Source of the DNA: Sandaracinaceae bacterium
Lineage (GTDB): Bacteria > Myxococcota_A > Polyangia > Polyangiales > Sandaracinaceae
NCBI GenBank assembly: GCA_044220955.1
Contig: JBGAQA010000010.1
Coordinates: 58,100 to 114,462, forward strand
Direction: 5' to 3'
DNA length: 56,363 bases
Made by a program: the position numbers and the translations under genes. This document shows positions 49,345 to 56,363 of this stretch, in pieces. The notes beneath the pieces were generated by a model that saw only the letters and a list, made by a program, of their open reading frames with translations, was not told where the DNA came from and ran no database searches. Position 1 is the stretch's first letter; the number at the start of each line of letters is the position of its first letter.

Positions 49345-49363
49345 GGGGCCGCGCATCGGCCCC
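49345..49363. repeat. GC-rich palindromic unit (REP-like hairpin), copy 2
   Basis: GGGGCCG-CGCAT-CGGCCCC between convergent genes, preceded by a CTCCACTC/GAGTGGAG stem (49318-49344). Confidence 0.55.
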
Positions 49364-49391
49364 CGCAGGCTGAGCCTCGGCGCGGAGGGCC

Positions 49392-51053
49392 TCAGGGGAT
49401 GGCTGGAATGGTGACGCGCGAGGCGCGGTGCAATGCGGAGTCGGCGGGCCGGGCCAGCTGACCGTTCGCGTTGCTGCCCCAGCACACGAGCGAATGGTCC
49501 ACCAAGATGGCGCAGGCGCTGGTCGGCCCGACGATGACGCGGTCGGCGCCCTCGACGGGCGAGCCGTCCTCGTACTCGACGTCGCGCGAGGCGAGCGTGG
49601 AGTCCGGAGCGCCCGGCCAGCCCGCGTGGCCCGAGAGGTTCTCGCCCCAGCAGCGCACGTGCCCCATCACCGCGCCGGTCGCACCTGCGAGCACTCCGCA
49701 CGACGCCTCGCCGCCCGCGCCGATGGTTCGCATCGCCGGCAGCCGCGTCATCGGGTCTTGCGGCATGGGAAAGCAGCCCATCGACGCGCCGTCCGCGCAC
49801 CGGCCTCCAGGCAGATCCCACGGCAGCCCGAGCTGGCTCGAGTGGTTGAAGCCCCAGGCGCGAAGCGGATCGGTCGCGCCGACCAGGTGCACGACGCGGT
49901 GGCGCGCTCCGGCGGCGATCTCGAAAGGCGAGCCTCCGACGTCGACGGTCGCGAGCGGCTCGAAGATGCGTGAGGGCGTGCGGGCCGCCTCGCCCCACTC
50001 GTTGCCGCCCCAACAGGCGACCGTCTCGTTCGCGCGCTTCACGCATCCGCCGGTCTCGGCCACCAGGATCTCGTCGACGTCGAGCACGCCGACGAGCGCC
50101 GAGGGCACGCGCGGCGGCAGGATCGCGCTCGCGGGCATGACGTCGTCGATCAGGCCGGCGTTCTCGCCCCAGCAGACGACGTGGTCGGCGGTGTCGAGCA
50201 CGCAGACGTGCGCGCCCGACGCCGAGAGGCGCCCCACGCTCGCCGTCACGGCTTCATCCGTCGAGGTGCGCACGGCGTCCGCGACGAAACCGACGCCGCG
50301 ACGGGCGCCGAGCTGCCCGAAGCTCCCATCGCCCCAGCAGACCACCTCGCCGCTCGTCAGGTGGGCGCAACCGAACCCGAGACCGCACACCACATGATCG
50401 GCTCGCTCGAGCGGCGTCACCCCGTCGGCCTGCAGCACCGCGACGGGAACCGTCGAGCTCGTCTCGTCGCCGTGCCCCAGCGCCCCGTTGTTGCCCTCCC
50501 CCCAGCAACGCACCCGCGTGTCCTGCCCGACCGCGCACGTGAGGACGGAGCTAATGCACACGTCGACGACGGGCACGCTCTCGATGCCGGCGTCCGGTCC
50601 CACGCCCCCGTCGCCCCCGTCGGCGGCGCCGGCGTCCGCCGTGCGACGCGGGTCGAAGCAGAAAGACGTCGCGCCGCCGCTCACCGGGCGACACTCGCCG
50701 TCCAGCGGGCAGTCGGACGCGGTGCTGCACGTGCGCTCGCAGCGATCGCTCACGCACGCCAGCCCGCCGGCGCACGCGCGACCGACGCCCGTCTCGCAGC
50801 TCAGGTCGACGTCGATGCTGCACCCGCCGCCGCCGGACCCATCGAGCAGGCAGCTCGCGCCCGCGGGGCAGTCTCGGTTCTCCACGCACGCGCTACGGCA
50901 TCGGCCGAACCGACACGAGAGGCTGGAGCTGCAGTCGGACGCCCGCGTGCACGTGGCTCCGACCGGGGCGCCGCTCTCGCACGCGGCGAGCAGTCCGGCG
51001 AGCACCAGGGCTGTTGCCGAGACGACGCGAGGGAGGGCAGCCACGAGAGCCAA
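49392..51053 (-). CDS. Cys-rich + RCC1-repeat lipoprotein
   Basis: Lipobox LAAC; repeated VxCWGxNxxGQLG units. Confidence 0.82.
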   Translation of the reverse strand: MALVAALPRVVSATALVLAGLLAACESGAPVGATCTRASDCSSSLSCRFGRCRSACVENRDCPAGASCLLDGSGGGGCSIDVDLSCETGVGRACAGGLACVSDRCERTCSTASDCPLDGECRPVSGGATSFCFDPRRTADAGAADGGDGGVGPDAGIESVPVVDVCISSVLTCAVGQDTRVRCWGEGNNGALGHGDETSSTVPVAVLQADGVTPLERADHVVCGLGFGCAHLTSGEVVCWGDGSFGQLGARRGVGFVADAVRTSTDEAVTASVGRLSASGAHVCVLDTADHVVCWGENAGLIDDVMPASAILPPRVPSALVGVLDVDEILVAETGGCVKRANETVACWGGNEWGEAARTPSRIFEPLATVDVGGSPFEIAAGARHRVVHLVGATDPLRAWGFNHSSQLGLPWDLPGGRCADGASMGCFPMPQDPMTRLPAMRTIGAGGEASCGVLAGATGAVMGHVRCWGENLSGHAGWPGAPDSTLASRDVEYEDGSPVEGADRVIVGPTSACAILVDHSLVCWGSNANGQLARPADSALHRASRVTIPAIP

Positions 51054-51173
51054 TCATACGCGGTTCGGCCCGGGCGATCGCGGCGACCCGCCGTTCCCCT
51101 CCGCGGCATCGAGCGGACGCGGGTCCCGCGATTCGTCGGTGAAGTCCACCCGCTGACAGGGCAGGATGGGCCG

Positions 51174-51824
51174 ATGGACGAGGCATTCTGGCTGGCGCGC
51201 TGGAGCACGGGACAGATCGCGTTTCACGAAGGTGCGCCCAACCGCTGGCTCGCGGAGCACGTGCTCGCGCTCGGTCCGGGAGCGGGCCGGCGTGTGCTCG
51301 TGCCGCTCTGCGGCAAGTCGATCGACCTCGCGTTCCTCGCTGCGCACGGGTTCGAGGTGGTCGGTGTCGAGCTCGCCCTCGCGGCGGGTGAGGCCTTCTT
51401 CGACGAGGCGGGCCTCGCGGCGTCCCGCGACGAGCGGGGCGCATTCGTCCGGCTGCGCGCGGGCGCCATCACCATCGTGGTCGGGGACTTCTTCGCGATG
51501 GGGCCCGAGGAGCTCGGCACGTTCGACGCGTTCTACGACCGAGCGGCCGTCGTCGCGCTCCCCGCACGGATGCGCGAGCGGTATGCGGCCGCCGTGATGG
51601 CGCGGCTCGCGCCGGACGCGGTCGGCCTGATCGTCACCTTCGAGCACGACGCCCCAGCGGACGCACCGCCCTTCTCGGTCACCGAGGCGGAGCTCGAGCG
51701 CATCTGGCCGGAGCTCGAGCGGGCGTCGCTGGGCTCGGTCGACGTGATCGAAGATCGCGGCGTGCTCCGTGATCGCGGGGCCACGTTCGCGATGGAGCGG
51801 GCGTATGCGGTGAGGAGGGCGTAG
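51174..51824 (+). CDS. tpm: Thiopurine S-methyltransferase family SAM methyltransferase
   Basis: FWLARW..GQIAFH, VLVPLCGKSID, GDFF, YDRAAVVALP, PPFSV. Confidence 0.92.
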   Translation: MDEAFWLARWSTGQIAFHEGAPNRWLAEHVLALGPGAGRRVLVPLCGKSIDLAFLAAHGFEVVGVELALAAGEAFFDEAGLAASRDERGAFVRLRAGAITIVVGDFFAMGPEELGTFDAFYDRAAVVALPARMRERYAAAVMARLAPDAVGLIVTFEHDAPADAPPFSVTEAELERIWPELERASLGSVDVIEDRGVLRDRGATFAMERAYAVRRA

Positions 51825-51895
51825 CGGGCGGGAGCGAGTGCGAGTGCCCGAGTCTGTCCCGAGGCGGGCCTTGCGCGCCCGGCGCCCCTGAAAAT

Positions 51896-54430
51896 TCAGC
51901 GCGGCTTGCGCGGGCTCGCGGTCCTCGGGTCCTCCGGCCAGTGGTGGCGCGGGTACTGGCGCATGAGCTCCTTGCGCACGGCCGGGTAGTGCCGGTCCCA
52001 GAAGCCCGCGAGGTCGGTCGTGACCTGCACGGCGCGGTGGCTCGGCGCCGAGAGGTGCAGCACGATCGGCGCCCCGCCCGCGCGCGGACCCTCCGTCAGG
52101 CCGAAGAAGTCCTGCAGGCGTGACTCGATCCAGGGCGGGCGATCGACCTCGTACGTCACGGGCACCTTCGCGCGACCGGGCAGCGTCACGTGCGTCGGAG
52201 CGAGCTCGTCGAGGCGGGCGCGCTCGCGGTGGCTCATCGCGCCCTCCATCGTCGCGAGCACGTCGGCCTTCTCGAGCTCGGCCAGCGAGCGGCGGCCCTC
52301 GCACGCGCCGATCAGCGCCGCGCGGACCGCGTCCTCGTCGAACGAGGGCAGCGAGGGATCGGCCTTGCGCGCGAGAGCGGCCCTCAGGCGTAGCTGCGCG
52401 AGCCGGTCGCGATCGACGAAGCGCCCGAGGTCCCGCGCGAGCGCCTCCTTCGCGAGCGCCTCGGCCGCTCCCGGCTCGTACGCCGCGTCGCCGCGCGACT
52501 CGTCGATCGGCAGGCCCTCGTACGCGAGGCCCGTGATCCGCTCGAGGCGCTCCTTCTCCGGGTCGAAGCGGAGCTCCCGGAAGTCCGTGACCCGGTCGGG
52601 GAAGAGCTCGAGCAGCCACTCGGGCTCGATCGCCGACGCGATCCGGCAGATCGCCCCGCCGCGCGCCTCCTCGGCCTCGACGCACACGAGCAGCGCTGCG
52701 TCGCGCACGACGCTCGTCTCGGCGAGCTTCACGCTGCCGCCGCCCGCGAGCACGATCTCGGCGCCGCCCTTCTTGCGGCGCTTGCCGACGCGATCCGGGT
52801 AGCCCGCGAGCACCGCCCGGCAGAGCGCGGCGTCGGTGTCCGGCGCGTAGCCCGGCTCGCCGAGGCGCAGGCGCTCGACCGCGCGCACGAGCTGATCGCG
52901 CAGCTTCACGGCCGCCTGTGCGCCGCGCGGGTCGAGGTCGTACGACGCGAGGCTCGAGCGCGAGAGCCCGCTCGCCTCGGCCGCCGCGAGCGCCTCGAGC
53001 CGCTCGAGCGCGTCGGACGACCCCGCGAGCACGCGCGGACCGCTCCGGTCGCCGAAGCGGGTGCGGTGGCTCGCGCGGATCTCGCGCTCCGAGAGCACCG
53101 CTGCGAGCAGCGCGCCCTCCCGCAATAGCCCCACCTCGCGCGCCGCGAGCACGATGCGTCCCAGCCGTGGATGGAGCGGCAGCGCGAGCAGCGCCGCGCC
53201 GTCCTTGGTGATCGCGCCCGTCTCGTCGATCGCGCGCAGGCGGGAGAGCAGCGTGCGCGCCGCGTCGATCGCCGCCGCGCCGGGCGCCTCGAAGAAGGGG
53301 AACGTGCTGGCGTCGCGCAAGCCGACGCTCGCGAGCGAGAGCAGCGTCTCGGCGAGATCGACGCGCGCGATCTCGGGCACGTCGAAGCGCGGCCGTCCCT
53401 CGAGGTCGTGCCTGGTGTAGAGGCGGATCGCGCGCCCGTCGCGCGTGCGGCCCGCACGGCCCGCGCGCTGCGTCGCGGAGGCCTGCGAGATCGGCGCCAC
53501 CTCGAGCACGGGCAGGCCCGACCAGGGCGAGTGCTTGGCGAGACGGTGCAGGCCCGAGTCGACGACCGTCGTCACGCCGTCGATCGTCAAGGACGTCTCG
53601 GCGACGTTCGTCGAGAGGATCACCTTGCGCCGCGCGCCGCGCCGCACCGCGCGGTCCTGCGCCTCGGGCGGCAGGTCTCCGTGCAGCGGCACGACGTCCG
53701 CGCCCGCGCGCTCCGCGAAGGGGCGCACGCTCTCCTCGCAGCGCCGGATCTCGCCCGCGCCCGGGAGGAACACGAGCACGTCGCCGTCCGGATCCTCGCG
53801 CAGCGCCCGCGCGCACGCGCTCGCGACCTGCTCCTCGAGCCTGCGATCGTCGCGCGCTGGCAGGTGCTCGATCTCCACGTGGTGCGCGCGCCCCGGCACG
53901 CTCAGCGCGTCCGCGTCGAGGAAGGCCGCGACCCGCTCGCTCTCGAGCGTCGCGCTCATCGCGACCACGGCGAGGTCCTGCCGCGGGCCGAGCCGCAGCC
54001 GCCGCACCATCGCGAGCGCGAGGTCCGCGTGCAGCGAGCGCTCGTGCAGCTCGTCGAGCACCACGACCCGGACGCCCGGCAGCGTCGGCTCGGCGACCAG
54101 CCGCCGCGTGAGGATGCCCTCGGTGACGAACTTCACGCGGGTGCGCGCGCTCGACACGTCGTCGAAGCGCACCGCGAAGCCGATGCGCTGCCCGGGCCGC
54201 TCGCCCAGCTCCTCGGCCACCCGCGCGGCGGCCATCCGCGCCGCGATGCGCCGCGGCTCGAGCACCAGGATCTCGCCGCCCTCGAAGCGCGGATCGAGCA
54301 GCAGCGCGCGCGGCACCCGCGTCGTCTTGCCCGCGCCCGGCTCCGCCGCGAGCACGAGCGCCCCGCGCGCGGCCAGGCGGTCGGCGACCGCAGGCAAGAA
54401 CGCGTCGATCGGGAGCGGCGTGAGGGCCAC
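51896..54430 (-). CDS. hrpB: ATP-dependent DExH RNA helicase HrpB
   Basis: EPGAGKTT, EPRRIAAR, DELHER, MSAT, TNVAETSLTI, QRAGRAGR, C-terminal DLAGFW...Y..VRKEL..YPRHHWP; GTG start inferred. Confidence 0.93.
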   Translation of the reverse strand: MALTPLPIDAFLPAVADRLAARGALVLAAEPGAGKTTRVPRALLLDPRFEGGEILVLEPRRIAARMAAARVAEELGERPGQRIGFAVRFDDVSSARTRVKFVTEGILTRRLVAEPTLPGVRVVVLDELHERSLHADLALAMVRRLRLGPRQDLAVVAMSATLESERVAAFLDADALSVPGRAHHVEIEHLPARDDRRLEEQVASACARALREDPDGDVLVFLPGAGEIRRCEESVRPFAERAGADVVPLHGDLPPEAQDRAVRRGARRKVILSTNVAETSLTIDGVTTVVDSGLHRLAKHSPWSGLPVLEVAPISQASATQRAGRAGRTRDGRAIRLYTRHDLEGRPRFDVPEIARVDLAETLLSLASVGLRDASTFPFFEAPGAAAIDAARTLLSRLRAIDETGAITKDGAALLALPLHPRLGRIVLAAREVGLLREGALLAAVLSEREIRASHRTRFGDRSGPRVLAGSSDALERLEALAAAEASGLSRSSLASYDLDPRGAQAAVKLRDQLVRAVERLRLGEPGYAPDTDAALCRAVLAGYPDRVGKRRKKGGAEIVLAGGGSVKLAETSVVRDAALLVCVEAEEARGGAICRIASAIEPEWLLELFPDRVTDFRELRFDPEKERLERITGLAYEGLPIDESRGDAAYEPGAAEALAKEALARDLGRFVDRDRLAQLRLRAALARKADPSLPSFDEDAVRAALIGACEGRRSLAELEKADVLATMEGAMSHRERARLDELAPTHVTLPGRAKVPVTYEVDRPPWIESRLQDFFGLTEGPRAGGAPIVLHLSAPSHRAVQVTTDLAGFWDRHYPAVRKELMRQYPRHHWPEDPRTASPRKPR

Positions 54431-54437
54431 GTCGAGG

Positions 54438-54848
54438 TCAGGCCCAGTCTTCGAGGTGCAGGCCCGTGACGCGCGCGAACTCCCGCGTGTCGTGCGTGAC
54501 GAGCGTGACGTCCAGCGCGAGCGCGTGGCCGGCGATGAGCGCGTCGAGCTCACCGATGGGCTTGCCTGCGCGCCGGAGCGCAGCGCGGATGCGGGCGGTC
54601 GTCCGCACGCAGCGCTCGTCCAGTGGAAGGACCGCGATCTCCGACAGGAACACGTCGAGCAGATCGTGATAGCGCTTGGGGTGCGTCGCGAGGTCGGCGC
54701 CCGTCCGGAGCTCGATCGCCGTCACCACGCTCACGGCCACCCTCGCGGGGCCGAGCGTCGCGAGCCTCTCGACGACCGAGGGCGGCCGCTTTCGCATCAG
54801 GTAGCCGCAGATGTTGGTGTCGAGGAGGTGGGTGACTCCGGAGCTCAC
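54438..54848 (-). CDS. vapC: PIN-domain toxin VapC
   Basis: LLDTNIC, IG.LDALIAGHAL, LVTHDTREFARV.GL..EDW. Confidence 0.92.
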   Translation of the reverse strand: MSSGVTHLLDTNICGYLMRKRPPSVVERLATLGPARVAVSVVTAIELRTGADLATHPKRYHDLLDVFLSEIAVLPLDERCVRTTARIRAALRRAGKPIGELDALIAGHALALDVTLVTHDTREFARVTGLHLEDWA

Positions 54849-55084
54849 GGGAAGATGCGCCGCCGCGCCTGCCGCTTCTGGGCGGGCCGCCGGAATCCCG
54901 GCCAGCCGCCCAGCGCGCTCCAGAATTTCGCGCTGAACCGTGCCGACCGGAGCGGCCTCAGGACGAGGCGCTCGCCGTCACGCTCGATCGTGAGCTCGTC
55001 CACGTCGGCGGCGAACCGGAACTCCCGCGGCAGGCGGACCGCCTGGCTGTTCCCGCTCTTGAACACCTTGGCCGTCGCGCCCAT
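54845..55084 (-). CDS. vapB: AbrB/MazE-type antitoxin VapB, 79 aa
   Basis: AKVFKSGNSQAVRLPREFRF; its stop overlaps the vapC start (GTGA). Confidence 0.92.
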   Translation of the reverse strand: MGATAKVFKSGNSQAVRLPREFRFAADVDELTIERDGERLVLRPLRSARFSAKFWSALGGWPGFRRPAQKRQARRRIFP

Positions 55085-55090
55085 CGAGGA

Positions 55091-55105
55091 CGTATATACG
55101 CGTAT
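55091..55105 (-). promoter_or_regulatory. Probable vapBC -10 region/operator
   Basis: Overlapping palindromes CGTATATACG (55091-55100) and ATACGCGTAT (55096-55105) just upstream of vapB. Confidence 0.55.
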
Positions 55106-55165
55106 GTCCGTCCGAGCAAGCGCGCCCCGCTTGCATGTCGTGACGTTCACCGAGATCATGCAGCG

Positions 55166-55585
55166 ATGACCTCGACGGCGAGCGACGCGCCCGTCGTGCT
55201 CTTCGACGGGGTGTGCAACCTCTGCAACGGCGCGGTGCAGTTCATCCTCGATCACGACCGCACCAAGGTGCTCCGCTTCGCGTCGCTGCAGTCGGCGGGC
55301 GGGCGCGCGCTCCTCGCCGCGCACGGGATGAAGGTCCCGGAGGGCGACCCCGACACGATCGTGCTCGTCGAGGGCGGGCGCGCGTACGAGCGCTCGACCG
55401 CGGCGCTCCGCATCGCGTCGCACATGACCTTCCCCTTCTGGCTCGGCCGCGTCGCGATGATCGTGCCGCGCTTCGTGCGCGACTTCTTCTACGAGCTGAT
55501 CGCGCGCAACCGCTACCGATGGTTCGGCAAGACGAACGAGTGCCGCATCCCGACGCCGGAGCTGCGCGCCCGGATGGTCACGTGA
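55166..55585 (+). CDS. DCC1-like thiol-disulfide oxidoreductase (DUF393)
   Basis: VLFDGVCNLC, RFASLQS, RDFFYELIARNRYRWFG...C. Confidence 0.9.
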   Translation: MTSTASDAPVVLFDGVCNLCNGAVQFILDHDRTKVLRFASLQSAGGRALLAAHGMKVPEGDPDTIVLVEGGRAYERSTAALRIASHMTFPFWLGRVAMIVPRFVRDFFYELIARNRYRWFGKTNECRIPTPELRARMVT

Positions 55586-56318
55586 CGCGGAGGACCGGGG
55601 CTCCCCTGCGCAGGCCGAGGCGATCCCGCGCGCTCCCGTCGCGCACGGCGATCTCGATCAGGCCCGTCGAGCCGACGTAGGCGACGAGCTCGCCCTCCTC
55701 GACGCTCGCGTAGTGCGACGCGATCGGCAGGCGCCGGCCGGCGATCTCGATCGCGCCCTCGGTGTCGTGCTCGGCCTCGATCGTGGTGATCGCGTTGCCG
55801 AAGCGATCGAAGGTCCACACCTCGCCGCGCCGGTCGCGCGTGGGGAGCACCGGCGCGCGCACGAGCGAGGCCGGATCCACGAGCTCGCCGAGGTGGAAGA
55901 GGCCCAGCCCGCCGACGATCGCTGCGGCCGTCGGTCCGAAGAGATCTCGCCCGTCGAACGTGCGCGCGCGCGCCGCGGCATCGCGCTTCAGCACGCACGC
56001 CTCGCGCGGCGGGTCGCGCTGCCACGCGGCGCCGAAGAGGCCGTTGTCGGGTCCGACGTACGAGAGCCGCTCGCCGTGCGCGGCGATCGGGCGGCGAGCG
56101 CTCCCGACGCCCGGGTCGACCACCGCGAGCACCACCGCGTCGCGCGGCAGGTGCGGCGCCGCCGACCAGAGGACGTACGAGCCGCCCCGCACGTCCTGGG
56201 GCGCGATGTCGTGGGCGAGGTGCACCACGCGCGCGTCGGGCGTGAGCGAGGCGATCGCCGCCTCGACGATGCCGACGTAGCCGTCCGCGTGCCCGAAGTC
56301 GCTCGCGAAGACGATCAT
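55578..56318 (-). CDS. SAM hydroxide adenosyltransferase / SAM-dependent halogenase family (DUF62)
   Basis: SDFG..DGYVG, VVDPGVGSARR, GPDNG, TFDGRDLF, DRFGN, GSTGLIEIAV. Confidence 0.9.
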   Translation of the reverse strand: MIVFASDFGHADGYVGIVEAAIASLTPDARVVHLAHDIAPQDVRGGSYVLWSAAPHLPRDAVVLAVVDPGVGSARRPIAAHGERLSYVGPDNGLFGAAWQRDPPREACVLKRDAAARARTFDGRDLFGPTAAAIVGGLGLFHLGELVDPASLVRAPVLPTRDRRGEVWTFDRFGNAITTIEAEHDTEGAIEIAGRRLPIASHYASVEEGELVAYVGSTGLIEIAVRDGSARDRLGLRRGAPVLRVT

Positions 56319-56363
56319 CGGATCATCCGGCTCGACGCCTTGGTCACAAGCCGAAGCGGACGC

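Noticed and set aside
51825..51870. Short GAGTGC/CCCGAG tandem motifs between tpm and hrpB
   Set aside because: Too short and degenerate to support any element call.

Overview
Very GC-rich, gene-dense bacterial DNA. PEGA proteins, Cys-rich lipoproteins, Ser/Thr kinases and a sigma-54 activator suggest Myxococcota, probably Polyangia/Sandaracinus-like (inference). The centrepiece is a ~15 kb minus-strand sterol/triterpenoid operon (9669-24477). In transcription order it encodes: type-2 IPP isomerase; class II HMG-CoA reductase fused in frame to an SDR; a geranylgeranyl-reductase-family flavoprotein; a squalene epoxidase-oxidosqualene cyclase (DCTAE) fusion; an ERG4/ERG24 reductase; a three-part squalene epoxidase / degenerate cyclase barrel / squalene synthase fusion; an ERG2 isomerase; and a short-chain prenyl diphosphate synthase. 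The two epoxidase fusions look like duplicates that decayed reciprocally, and the cyclase has non-canonical product-determining residues. A nested, highly structured 174-nt spacer can pair with the RBS of the epoxidase/synthase gene. A GMC oxidoreductase is transcribed divergently, and an MMPL/RND transporter lies ~7 kb away. The rest is housekeeping and accessory genes (prfA, rpmE, trmO, tag, hrpB, vapBC, ECF sigma/anti-sigma, kinases, surface lipoproteins), a C1 peptidase-LGFP gene split by one in-frame TGA, and a truncated MAPEG gene. No rRNA, tRNA, CRISPR array or transposase was seen. All calls come from motif recognition by eye; no database searches were run.
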